Notes under the pieces: generated by a model | Told to the model about the DNA's origin: nothing | Database searches by the model: none | The model's input: the letters and a program-made list of their open reading frames with translations, nothing else | In this document: piece by piece, positions 34,079-44,251 of the stretch | Layout of the letters: each line of letters begins with the position of its first letter | How positions within the stretch are numbered: position 1 is the stretch's first letter | Position numbers and translations under genes: made by a program | Source: Schizosaccharomyces osmophilus | Taxonomy: Eukaryota | Assembly: GCF_027921745.1 (NCBI RefSeq) | Contig: NC_079238.1 | Location: 4,650,001 to 4,714,000, forward strand | Length of the DNA stretch: 64,000 nt | Reading direction: 5' to 3'

Positions 34079-36319
34079 TTATTTATTATTCTCATTAGAA
34101 ACATCATAAGGTAGCGGCCGACGAGGTAGCTTATGCTTGCCAGCAATCAAAGTGGATTCGTCGGTGTTAGATTCTTTTTCTTTCGCCAGTAGCTTATCAT
34201 CTGCCATTGATTCATTGACAAAGGGAAGTGTATTTTCTTGTCCTTCGGGTTGTCTTTTTGTTTCTTCCTTTGGGCTTGGCCCCGAATCTGACTTCTGTAA
34301 CAGCTTAAATTGCGAGTTTTTGTTTGCAAAGGACAATTTATCATCAGTCAATTGATTCGTTTCTAAAAAGTCGTCTTTTTTGTCATTATCAATTAAATTG
34401 GGGCTTTTCGTAGGAATCTCTTTTTCCTTTGGTTGAATAATCGCCTTCCTCGAGGTACTGTTATCAGCATGAGATTCTGTATTCATGTCTTCATCCTCAT
34501 CATCAGATGAATTCAAGTAATTAGCTTGGAGTTTTTTTACCATTGACTTGGCTTCTGATATTCCCTGGTAGAACGATTTTTTCGCTGCAACTCCATACTT
34601 TTTAGTCGCGTCCGATATTGTAGATTGAGAATTGTCATTCCAAAACTTCGGTCTTGATTTTCCAGACTTCGTGCTCTTTCTATCTGCAGGCGTCGATTTT
34701 ACAGACTGATTGTCTCGCAATGCATAACTAGGGTTGGTATTGACGGGGAAAGGCGTTGGTAACTGAACACTTTTTGTTTCTCCATCTGAAAGAGAGTTGT
34801 CTAAATCATTTCCAAAGTCTTTAGTCAGAGACTTATTTAAATCAAAGTCTTTTACAATAGACTCACTCGATTTAATAGATTTCCAGTCTGCGTCATCTAA
34901 TTGTGGTTCGGGAGATTGATCGGGTTTTTTGCTCTTTTTAGTCTCTGCTTGTTTTTCTGTGTCGTAATACTTTGAATCTTTAGAATTGTACAAACCTCCC
35001 TTTACAGGAAAAGGATCATCAGAGAAAAAAGCAATGTCGTTCATATGTGGAAGGACCATTGTTTCGAAAATTAAGTCCAGTAGCTTGTTTCGTATAAAAT
35101 TCAATAGATAGCTGTTGCTAAGTTGCTTTTGGAATACAGTAGGCTCAACATGAAGTTCAACTTTGGGTTCGTTGTAGAAGCCATACCAAATTCTGTTTGA
35201 AGGGGGCGGTTTGATGAAAAGACGGACTCTTCCAGATAAGTGTCGCAAACGGATAACCAAAGAGAATTTCACCTTCTTAGAGGGAATCTTTGATCCTAGC
35301 GTTAGTTTTGCACTTGTCTCAGCCTTAAAACTACAGTCACCCTGATATAGAATATCCGCAGCCACATTTAGTTCTCCTGCTTCTGAAAAAGAAATAAGAT
35401 CTAAGTTGTTAACAACAGGAACGGATTCTCCAACATCAACATTAGTAACCTGGATTTCAGACATCATTTCAGGAGTACTTATTTTAGATAATTTACGAGA
35501 TAATTTGTGCTTAATCGTATTCTTGAAGCCTTCAGATTTGTGAATTCCCAAATAGATCCTTCCTATGAAAGCATTAAGCCAAATTAGGTCCGGAGAGGAG
35601 AGATTATCGAGATTATTTTTGACGGTATCATAATCAAAAGTGACAGGACCGTCAATTGGTCTGAGAGGTGGACAGGATTTCGAAAATGAGAGAAGTTTGA
35701 AATACCAATCTTCTTTTTTTGATGGAGTTCTTGCATATAAATACAGGTTTTGAGAATCCAGAGTAATCTGGTCTAATTGAGGAAGTAGCTTCCCTGTAGT
35801 AGGTTCTAATAAAATCGCATTTCGATTGCTGAAAGCTTCATTTTCGGACACCTCAGTAGGATATAATGTGATGTTGTAATTCTCTAGAACCATAGTACTT
35901 AGTAAACAATGTGTGTTTAGTGGGTCGTGCAATAAGAGTTTTCCGTTGATTAGCTTTACAAAATAGACGTTTTTGGGATTTTTTATAGCGTATCGAGTTG
36001 TTTTCCCTTCATCTGTTGAGACCTTTATATCAGAAAGTAGCGTGTTTGATTCGATCTTTCCATCAGAAGTCTCTTCAATTTCTTGAACTTTGACGGAGCC
36101 ACTTTTACCATTTAGGAATGCGGGAGAAAGTCTGACCCAGTCTTGGATTACGACCGTTTCCGGCGAATCAGAGATAGTTGTTTTGTAGTCCTCAATAGAA
36201 ATTTCTGCTTTATCGTCATCGGTTTTCCCTTTGGACATTAAGTACAGGTAAATTAATACCAAAAGAGGAAGAAAGGTTAATCCACCTAATAAATATGCAA
36301 GAAGGAAGGATAGAAACAT
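34079..36319 (-). CDS. nvj2: Nvj2-like TM-PH-SMP membrane contact-site protein
   Basis: AYLLGGLTFLP, WLNAFIGRIY, IKPPPSNRIWYGF. Confidence 0.9.
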   Translation of the reverse strand: MFLSFLLAYLLGGLTFLPLLVLIYLYLMSKGKTDDDKAEISIEDYKTTISDSPETVVIQDWVRLSPAFLNGKSGSVKVQEIEETSDGKIESNTLLSDIKVSTDEGKTTRYAIKNPKNVYFVKLINGKLLLHDPLNTHCLLSTMVLENYNITLYPTEVSENEAFSNRNAILLEPTTGKLLPQLDQITLDSQNLYLYARTPSKKEDWYFKLLSFSKSCPPLRPIDGPVTFDYDTVKNNLDNLSSPDLIWLNAFIGRIYLGIHKSEGFKNTIKHKLSRKLSKISTPEMMSEIQVTNVDVGESVPVVNNLDLISFSEAGELNVAADILYQGDCSFKAETSAKLTLGSKIPSKKVKFSLVIRLRHLSGRVRLFIKPPPSNRIWYGFYNEPKVELHVEPTVFQKQLSNSYLLNFIRNKLLDLIFETMVLPHMNDIAFFSDDPFPVKGGLYNSKDSKYYDTEKQAETKKSKKPDQSPEPQLDDADWKSIKSSESIVKDFDLNKSLTKDFGNDLDNSLSDGETKSVQLPTPFPVNTNPSYALRDNQSVKSTPADRKSTKSGKSRPKFWNDNSQSTISDATKKYGVAAKKSFYQGISEAKSMVKKLQANYLNSSDDEDEDMNTESHADNSTSRKAIIQPKEKEIPTKSPNLIDNDKKDDFLETNQLTDDKLSFANKNSQFKLLQKSDSGPSPKEETKRQPEGQENTLPFVNESMADDKLLAKEKESNTDESTLIAGKHKLPRRPLPYDVSNENNK

Positions 36320-36710
36320 AATTGGTTTAACAATTGCGGCAAGGGGTACAGTCAAATGAGCGTAAAGTTGTAGATACTTTAGTACGCTTGCTAGGAGGCG
36401 TGGAGTTTGAGAGAATTGTGGTAAGAGTAATTGTTTAGAAAGAAACTTTTAAACAGATTCTATAAGTGCTCATAAAAACATTAATAAACAGTTCGAGTTT
36501 GCGGTGTGTTGTTGAGAGTTACGTAGTGTTCGGTGGACGTTTTATGTGCAACATAAATAAAAGTAGTTGCCAACGTAAATAGAAACAAGTTACGAATAAA
36601 TAGTTACAATATAAAAGATAAAAACAGTGTTTATTCGATCAATGCGCAAATACTATGTAAGTCTAAATATTTAACCAAAAACCCAGAGTAAATAAAACGG
36701 AAAAAGGAAG

Positions 36711-37662
36711 CTAGTAGAAACAGATTTTGGTGGTCTTGTCTGATAAACGTTTAAGTAGAGAGGGATGAGTGAGAAACTCCATGACAGGTTTTTTACAGTC
36801 ATTGTTTGAGATAAGGTTGTATGATTTTTTGTCAGTGAATGTATAATCCAGAATAACAAACTTCAAGTGATCAAAGTTGAGGTTTCCTAATTTGACGTTA
36901 GTAAGGGAAGAACTAAAGATTTATTACATACCGTTTGTCAATTGTAGTATACGTTGGGGGGTCCCTACTGCTATACCAATCTTGTTATTTTTGCAGTATT
37001 CGATGTGTTCGTCAAGCTTGATATGCTTACCGAAGAGTTTTGTAATTTTAAATTCTTCTGTCTGTAGTTTCCTAAGAGCCTTTACGATATCAAGAGCCCG
37101 TAAAGCAGAGAGACAGAAAATTAGGGTAGTAGGACTACCGTTCGAATCAACTTTGTTGAACTCATTTTCTTGATTGTTTTTTTTGAACGCGTGAGTTACG
37201 TATTCGGGATAGTTTCCAGTTTCCCGTTCATTGGGAAAGTCAATTGTATCTTCGATGTACGAAGCTAAGTTTCCAAGTTAGTATAAGTAAAAAGGGTTGT
37301 TTTCGAGAAGACATACATTTGATAAACCTGTCTTGTAATTCTACAGCAGAAAGATCTTTAAAATTGATGCGAATTTGGTTGTTAATAATGTCAGACAAGA
37401 TATCAGGAGAGTGGGCAAGAGAAGTGGCTTCTTTGCCAGATGTGCCGAATTTTTGCTTTTTCTTTTCCTTTAATTTTTGACGTTGGCGTTTGCGTTTGTT
37501 TTTTTTGACTTCAGAAGCATCTGAAGAAGGTTGATTGGCTTCGATTTCATGTGAAGAAGACTGGGATTGACTGTCGTTGTCGGATTCGTTTGAAGAGGCG
37601 TCAATTTGGTAGTCTAAATCATCCTCTAACGCGTCTGCGTTTGTCTCTGTGTGCTTCATCAT
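36711..37662 (-). CDS. cms1: Cms1 (U3/90S pre-ribosome factor); 3 exons (37662-37317, 37264-36932, 36886-36711)
   Basis: Spliced frame gives SALRALDI, KLFGKHIKLDEH, IAVGTPQRI; two canonical introns. Confidence 0.88.
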
Positions 37663-37964
37663 GTAGTACAGTTGACGTTGTTCGGAAAAAAGGACGTAGT
37701 GGTTTGGTTGAGCAAGGTTGTTTGAAAAGAAATAAGATGGTAGTTAGTGAAAATATAGATATTGAAAAGTAGTAGTGTCTAGTTTAATTATTTAAAAGAA
37801 AGAGAAAAAGTTAGATATTATTCGTGAAATAAAGAAAAAGAACTGAAGTAAACTGTGTACAAAGAAATTAAGCATATTGATTTTTTTTTTCCAAAGTAAA
37901 AAAGAAGAATTAAAGAATCAAGTGAACCGACGTTTACAGGATATTGAAATTTATGTACAATTCT

Positions 37965-39971
37965 CTAGTCATAGTCAAAAATAGTAAAGCAATAATCTAT
38001 GAGGATTTCAATAGTGCGTGAGAAACTACTAATTTCTGGGATCGTAGCTTGTTTTAACAAAGTAGGGCCCCAAATGATAGCAAGATTATTAGTGGACATT
38101 TTGTTGACATCGCTGTTGTCCTTGATTTTAGTCAAATGAATTGTGAGATGACGAATAGTAGAATAGTTAGCGTCGGGCAAATCATTAATGGCGCGATGTA
38201 CAGCATCTCTCCGACGCGCTTCGTCCTCAACCTTACCAGCGTCAATAAAATCGTTGTAGTGTTGATTTGGAATAAGAGGTTCGGACAATTCGCGGAAGAA
38301 GGATTTCAAGAGATCAGCAAGGGAATGAACGTCGTTTCCATAATCCTTTGCCGAATTGAGGATCGTAAGAGGTTCTTTTGTGAATTGCTGACGAAGAGCG
38401 AGCACCTTGGCGGCAGAACTGGGAATGCGGTAGATTCCTTGAATGTTGAGGCCAAAAGTTTCTATTTGGGTGGTACATTGAACAACGACGTTTGGAACGT
38501 TGGAATGTTCACGTAAGAGAATGGCTTCCAAATGAGCACCAAAGAGAATGGTTGAGTCAGAAACCGGTGACTGGGGCTTATTATTAGACTCAACAATGTC
38601 TTGGGCAGGAAAAAAGTTAGGGGAAGGAGGTTTTGCAGAATCAGAAGTCTTTAATTTTGTTTGTGTCGATGGTGGTAAAGGATTAGTATCGATATTGGGG
38701 GGGTTGGTGGCCGTAGGTGTTTGTACTTCTGGTAGTGGATGGATGGTTTCAGACTTCGTTGGTGAAGGAGAGCCTCTTGAGGAAAGAGCAGGATTTGGAG
38801 GTGCAGGTGCAGGTGCAGGTGCAGGTTTTAGAGGTTTGGTAGGTGAGGGTAGTGTCTCTTGAGGTTGTGGTTTTTGCGAATTGGAAGCTATTTGGTTGTG
38901 AGAAGTCATAGGGCGGTTAAAGTTGTTTGTGGAAGGCGTGGAAATGTGGGTAGGATTTGTTGGAGTAGAAATGTTTACGGAGGGAGGTGTAGAAGATGTG
39001 TTAGAGGGACCATAGGAACTAGGTGGTTGAACGATTTTCGTTTTTGAAGCGTCAGAAGGGTTTTGATCATTTTTACGTCGAGAAGAAGAGTCGAGAACGT
39101 ATTGGCGGAAGTCGGCGTTAGAATCAAAATTGTGGAGAGCATGTTCGAAACCACAGCTTTGAGTTGAGATGTTTTGAGGGCGGATCAAGACACCGTTCAT
39201 GACAGTGTGAGTTTCACAAAGTTTTGTGTAACGGAGATAATTACAGTTAAGGGAGGCTTCAATTTCTTTCTGTAAGCTGAAGAACTGCTTAATATAGTTG
39301 GGACGATGAATGAGAAGAAGTTCTTGTTGGGCTGTTTGGGCATTTTGAATGTTAGATTTCATGTCCGACTCTGCAGATTCTGCTTTAGAGCGAGCCTCCT
39401 CTTCGAGTCGGGAGAGTTGAGCATTGGACTTTGGTTTGAAGAAACCAACTTTTTTCTGGTTGTCACTGGCGTTTTTTTGATCGAGAGTGTGATTGTAGTC
39501 GGATTCAGCACTCTTGAAGCGGGCTTTGGATTTGTCCATGTGTACGACGGCTTCAAGGTATGAGTTTTCTTGGCGTTTGGCATATTCCTTGATAGACTTT
39601 CGTTTGCGATCACACCCTTTATAGAAATCCAAGACTTCATCAGAGCAAGTAGAGAAAGCCTTGTGTTGTGTAAAGGAATTAGCAGCGAGTTGTTCATGGA
39701 TTTGAAGGGATTTGACGAGTACCGCTGGAAAAGAACTGGATGAAGCGTGGTTGTCTTGAAATGTTTCGAGAAACGACTTTGCAATCTTTTGAAGATCCTT
39801 TGCAGACTGTTCTTCAAGAACAGCTCGTTTCTTCAAAAAATTTGCGAATTCCTTGGAAATGTTTAAGTGGGATTTGATTCGGTCATTGAGTATGGACAAA
39901 CCAAGTTCACTGTGAAGAATGGTTTCAACTTTAGGGTCTTTTAGAATGTCGGTTTTTGTTTCAGCATCCAT
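37965..39971 (-). CDS. rga7: F-BAR + RhoGAP protein Rga7
   Basis: EFANFLKKRAVLEE (F-BAR), Pro-rich linker, GIYRIP / LLKSFFREL / NKMSTNNLAIIWGPTL. Confidence 0.92.
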   Translation of the reverse strand: MDAETKTDILKDPKVETILHSELGLSILNDRIKSHLNISKEFANFLKKRAVLEEQSAKDLQKIAKSFLETFQDNHASSSSFPAVLVKSLQIHEQLAANSFTQHKAFSTCSDEVLDFYKGCDRKRKSIKEYAKRQENSYLEAVVHMDKSKARFKSAESDYNHTLDQKNASDNQKKVGFFKPKSNAQLSRLEEEARSKAESAESDMKSNIQNAQTAQQELLLIHRPNYIKQFFSLQKEIEASLNCNYLRYTKLCETHTVMNGVLIRPQNISTQSCGFEHALHNFDSNADFRQYVLDSSSRRKNDQNPSDASKTKIVQPPSSYGPSNTSSTPPSVNISTPTNPTHISTPSTNNFNRPMTSHNQIASNSQKPQPQETLPSPTKPLKPAPAPAPAPPNPALSSRGSPSPTKSETIHPLPEVQTPTATNPPNIDTNPLPPSTQTKLKTSDSAKPPSPNFFPAQDIVESNNKPQSPVSDSTILFGAHLEAILLREHSNVPNVVVQCTTQIETFGLNIQGIYRIPSSAAKVLALRQQFTKEPLTILNSAKDYGNDVHSLADLLKSFFRELSEPLIPNQHYNDFIDAGKVEDEARRRDAVHRAINDLPDANYSTIRHLTIHLTKIKDNSDVNKMSTNNLAIIWGPTLLKQATIPEISSFSRTIEILIDYCFTIFDYD

Positions 39972-40464
39972 AGTGTTTGGGGATTGGTAATGGATGGTGA
40001 AAATGATTGAATGCTCCGTTGGAATGAAAGTGAGGATGAGAAAAGGAGGGCGGGTTGGAGTTCACAGACGTATACTGGTGGTAGGTAGACTGTGAGGGAG
40101 TCTGTGAGGTGTTGGGTAGAGCGGTGTAATGGAATTAAGATTAATCTGATTGGAGTGCGTTAGCAAAAAAAAAGCGAAGCTCACTGGCATTTGTAACTAA
40201 AGTGCCATACCCACGATAAGTGGGGTATCATTCTTAGTGGGGTCTGTAGTAGAACTGTTGAACTTGTAAGGGAAAGATGATTTAGAGAAGAAGTACGGAA
40301 GAGACTAGAAAGTACTGAAAACGACGCGTTGGAAAAGAATGAGATTGTTAATTTTGTAGATGTAAGGATGTTTACGAAAGCTTTGATGGTTTGGACGCGT
40401 AGACGATTGTGTAATTCACAGAAAACAGAGAACAAAATAGTTTGGTAATATGGAACTACGATAC

Positions 40465-40808
40465 AAAGGTTCAAGAATGAGAAAGAAGCTCAAAAGGTAG
40501 AAAAAGATATATAAAAAGATATAGAGAGATATAAATAGTGCATTCAATTGATTATGACAAATGGGATAAAATCTGAGCTGACAGTATGCTGCTATGACTG
40601 TCAACTTGTCATCAAGTAGATGGACCAAATAAAGTCGGATAACAATTCATAGAACTTGATAAATATACAATTAGAAGTCTTTTATAGTTTAGATTGTAGG
40701 GACTGGAATAACATAATTTTTCTGTATGCACAGCATCCAACCTAATAGCCAGAAACGCCTTCCAAATTTACTGAACCGTGCTTATATGTAGTTTATAGTT
40801 GTTGTGTT
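40465..40808 (+). repeat. H2-side homology box of mat1 (344 bp), repeated at 61292-61635
   Basis: Identical by eye from AAAGGTTCAAGAATG to GTTGTTGTGTT in both places. Confidence 0.93.
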
Positions 40809-41121
40809 CTTTATGCCAGAGGGTAAGGATAATTTTTTCTAACGTTGCAATTTGTTTCCGCACATCCTGGTACTGACTTAATTCTGCTGTTTGTGACCAT
40901 GCTGATTTAACATTTTGAGGTAAAGAACGCCATATATTTGAACATTTAGCAGAGACACCGCCCCAGTCTCCTGAAGATTTTAAAAGCTTGTGAATCCTGC
41001 TCCGAAATAAGATGAAACCGTTCTTATAGTTGTGATTAGACGTCCGATTTTTTCTTGTTTTAAATAAAGTAGAAGGTGTTAGAACCGGTAAGAACACTGG
41101 GTTTTTTAATGTTGGATTCAT
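40768..41121 (-). CDS. mat1-Pc: Mating-type protein Pc at expressed mat1-P
   Basis: 117 aa; NGFILFRSRIHKLL...WRSLPQNVKSAWSQ; runs into H2. Confidence 0.93.
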   Translation of the reverse strand: MNPTLKNPVFLPVLTPSTLFKTRKNRTSNHNYKNGFILFRSRIHKLLKSSGDWGGVSAKCSNIWRSLPQNVKSAWSQTAELSQYQDVRKQIATLEKIILTLWHKEHNNYKLHISTVQ

Positions 41122-41181
41122 TTTAAATATTTAGAAAGTTGGTGGGTTCTGCGGTCCATTTATAGTTGTATGGTGGCTCCT

Positions 41182-41191
41182 TTTCTTTGTT
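41182..41191 (+). promoter_or_regulatory. TR box (Ste11 site) between Pc and Pi
   Basis: TTTCTTTGTT; the same 10-mer lies between Mi and Mc at 61819-61828. Confidence 0.75.
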
Positions 41192-41253
41192 CTCTCTGTA
41201 ACTTAGATTACCGAAGTGTACTTCTGAAAGTTAGCATTAATACAACAGTCAAT

Positions 41254-41730
41254 ATGAAAGAATTGATCTCTTTTTTAAATAATTTACTGCGAAAATTTGT
41301 TACAATTAATCATGAAAGATTTGGATTTATATTAGAGCAATTGAAACACGCGTATGGACTACTGGTTGATGTTAAACACGTCCCTGCTAAGTACATTCTT
41401 GAGAGCTTTAAAATATTGGAATCAATTAAACACGTCTGCAATGTTAAAATACACGAAAATGTCACGCGAAACACTCTTAACTTCAGTTTACAAGCTCAAC
41501 TTTTCAAACCAAATGTATTGAACTGCATTCACATAAGTAACGCGAGTGGACGTCCCTTAGTGACATCCAGAGATACCTGTGCAGATTGTATCAAGGCTCA
41601 TTTAATGCGTTGGCTATTACTTCATGTTGATAATCCATATCCTACACCTTCAGAATACTACCAATTGTGTCTTGAAACTGGTTTAACGAGAAATCAATTG
41701 CGTAATTGGTTTTCCAATAGACGACGCTAA
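41254..41730 (+). CDS. mat1-Pi: Homeodomain mating-type protein Pi at mat1-P (158 aa)
   Basis: LMRWLLLHVDNPYP...GLTRNQLRNWFSNRRR; ATG 41254 preferred to 41170 because the TR box lies between them. Confidence 0.93.
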   Translation: MKELISFLNNLLRKFVTINHERFGFILEQLKHAYGLLVDVKHVPAKYILESFKILESIKHVCNVKIHENVTRNTLNFSLQAQLFKPNVLNCIHISNASGRPLVTSRDTCADCIKAHLMRWLLLHVDNPYPTPSEYYQLCLETGLTRNQLRNWFSNRRR

Positions 41731-41869
41731 CTAGCACCGATAATGCAGGAATAGACAATACTATACAACTTTTTTTCAATTTCTTTGTACATACAATTAT
41801 ACAGTAGTTCTATTAAGCCATTTCTATCAGTAGGTCCCGTTCAATTTTTTGCGTGTTTGGAATTCATAA

Positions 41870-41932
41870 ATTTTTTTTTCGGAAAACAAATGTATAGGCT
41901 TTCTCTATTGTTTTATGTCGTTCGTTTCCATG
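41870..41932 (+). repeat. H1 homology box of mat1 (63 bp shared by all three cassettes)
   Basis: ATTTTTTTTTCGGAAAACAAATGTATAGGC...GTTCGTTTCCATG, also at 62765-62827 (+) and 63422-63484 (-). Confidence 0.93.
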
Positions 41933-42011
41933 TATTTAATTGTCTATCGCATTCTTTTACTTCTTCCCCTCTCTTTCCCTTTTCTTTGTCTTTCCTTTCC
42001 AAGCCCGATCC

Positions 42012-42044
42012 CTCCAACGATACTCTGCTCCGCTGCGCTACGCA
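42012..42044 (+). promoter_or_regulatory. SAS1-like (Sap1-binding) switch-activating site
   Basis: CTCCAACGATACTCTGCTCCGCTGCGCTACGCA, 80-110 bp distal to H1, found only at mat1; resembles S. pombe SAS1 as recalled. Confidence 0.55.
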
Positions 42045-42837
42045 TACCCTTCCTCCATGTTACCTCCCATCCTTCCTCACCCGCACTACTCTTTCTTACA
42101 CATCCTTCTTACCTTTGTTTACATCCATTTGTCCCACACCATTACTTTTCGCACTGCCTCTACCTTTAACTCTTGCCTCCATTCAAACATATTCTAATTC
42201 CCTCGTTTCTTTACATTGACAACTTTTCTTCTATTTTAATTTCCTCGTGTCCATCCTTTTCCTTTCTATTCTAAACTACTTTATTCCATCTTCCTTTTTC
42301 ACCCTTCCTATAATTTCTCTGCCTTCCCATTTCCATCCCACCACATCCTCCATTCCATTGTTTTCCACTTCTCCCACTCACCCTCTCGCGCTTTCCCTTT
42401 CAACCTTCCAATTGTCCTTTCTTCATTCATCGGCTCACTCCACTATTCCCTTCTCCCTCCTACCCCATCGGTTTACCACCCTCCCTCTGCCCTACCTCTC
42501 ACTATTCACCACCCCTATACCCTGCCTAACCTTTCATTTTCCTTCCTCATCAACTTGTTATTCTTCTTTTACCCCCACACGTACTCTCTCCCACTACAAA
42601 CGAACTCTTCCTCCCCTTCCACATCATACTCAGCTATTACCTGGCCCAACTCCCCTCTACCACCCATTTTCCATTCCCCTTCCCATTGTTTCAAACGAGA
42701 ATTCTTCCTTTATTATTCACTAATAATTACTTTTTTGTAAATTAACTTACTATTCTAAACAGACTTACTCCCTACTTTACCGATTTTCTTTAATTTCAAT
42801 TCAATGTAATACCGCTACAAATTCCTACCTATACATT

Positions 42838-43455
42838 ATGTCTCCTTCTTACGCAAAAGCTGAAACCCATTTAAAAAACATTAATCCAACTTGGTCCAAA
42901 ATTGTCGACACCGTAGGTCACTGCTCCTTTGAACCCCATCCTGAACGCCAACCCTACGAAGGACTCATTCGTGCAATCACTTCACAAAAGCTTTCTGCTG
43001 CTGCTACAGATGCTATTATTCACAGATTATGTGCGCTTTATCACAAACATCAGTTTCCAACTCCCAAACAAATTGTCGACACCGACGTTGAAACATTGCA
43101 CTCCTGCGGTTTCTCTAAATTAAAGGCTGACGCAATTCACAATATCGCTAATGCTGCACTCAATAACCAACTTCCTTCCAATGACGAAATCTGCAAAATG
43201 TCCAACGAAGACCTTTTAAAAGCTCTTAGCACACATAAAAGTGTTAAGCGTTGGACAATTGAAATGTACATGATTTTTACTCTCGGTCGCCTCAACATTA
43301 TGCCAGCCGATGATGCTACTCTTCGCTCTAGTATTACACGCATTTTTCATCCTGATAAAAATCTATCTATTGAAGAACTTGAAACTCTGACTTCCCCTTG
43401 CGCTCCCTACCAGACTATTGCTGCTTGGTACCTCTGGCACTACCCAAAACACTAA
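42838..43455 (+). CDS. mag2: 3-methyladenine DNA glycosylase-like protein Mag2
   Basis: PYEGLIRAITSQKLS, CGFSKLK, VKRWTIEMYMIFTLGRLNIMPADD, PYQTIAAWYLW. Confidence 0.92.
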   Translation: MSPSYAKAETHLKNINPTWSKIVDTVGHCSFEPHPERQPYEGLIRAITSQKLSAAATDAIIHRLCALYHKHQFPTPKQIVDTDVETLHSCGFSKLKADAIHNIANAALNNQLPSNDEICKMSNEDLLKALSTHKSVKRWTIEMYMIFTLGRLNIMPADDATLRSSITRIFHPDKNLSIEELETLTSPCAPYQTIAAWYLWHYPKH

Positions 43456-44251
43456 CAAATCGACAGCAAACAACAATCTCACAAACACATGAAAAACAGG
43501 CCTCATTTATTTATTTATTTATTTATTACTTCACTTTTCTTAATACGCTCATTAAACACTTCCTATTGTTTTTCAAAACCAACATCACCACCTTAGTCTA
43601 ATAATACTAAAGTCTTCACCTCTTTCTTCCGTATACTCCACCTCTACTTCTGTATTTCTTTCCCACTAAATAACGTACCTCGTTCAACTACATTCACAAA
43701 TTCCAAACAGGACTGCTTTTTTTTATGATATATAAACCCCTCATCAACTTTTCCATTCTTCATTAAACCAAGTTTTGCCTACTGTTTTCCGCTATATATA
43801 TACCACGGACGACGGTTTACTACATGCTTGGAAGAAAAATAGTCGACTCCACCCTGGATTATCCTATTTTATGATTTTTCAGTACTAAATCAACGACTAA
43901 AATACTTCCAATAATTATACAACCTAAATATAGATACATTTTTTTCAATATACTTTATTTTATCACTAAAATTATTGTTTAATCGTAACCATAAACTATA
44001 GTATGCGATTTATCTCTTCAACTACTCAGATGTATAAACACCCCACTCCATATACTACTTGATATTCCACATTGTTACGCTTCCTCTCTTCTATATCATT
44101 TTAATACCTAACACAAATCTAACTGAAACACGTTGCAATCGCAATCCACTAACACACAATATTTACTACACATACAAATTATCACCTACAAGCAAAAACA
44201 CTTAATCGAAAAATAACTATCATCATATTCATTCATCAATTCTACTACAAA

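Noticed and set aside
40100..40464. Possible RTS1-like replication terminator left of mat1
   Set aside because: Purine-rich and in the expected position, but no repeated motif could be identified by eye
40416..40628. 70-aa ORF duplicated at 61237-61455
   Set aside because: Non-ATG start; duplicated only because it lies in H2; the two copies diverge at the box edge
41785..42740. Several overlapping ORFs of 61-158 aa right of mat1
   Set aside because: By-product of the C/T-rich, stop-poor tract; low-complexity S/P/L/F translations
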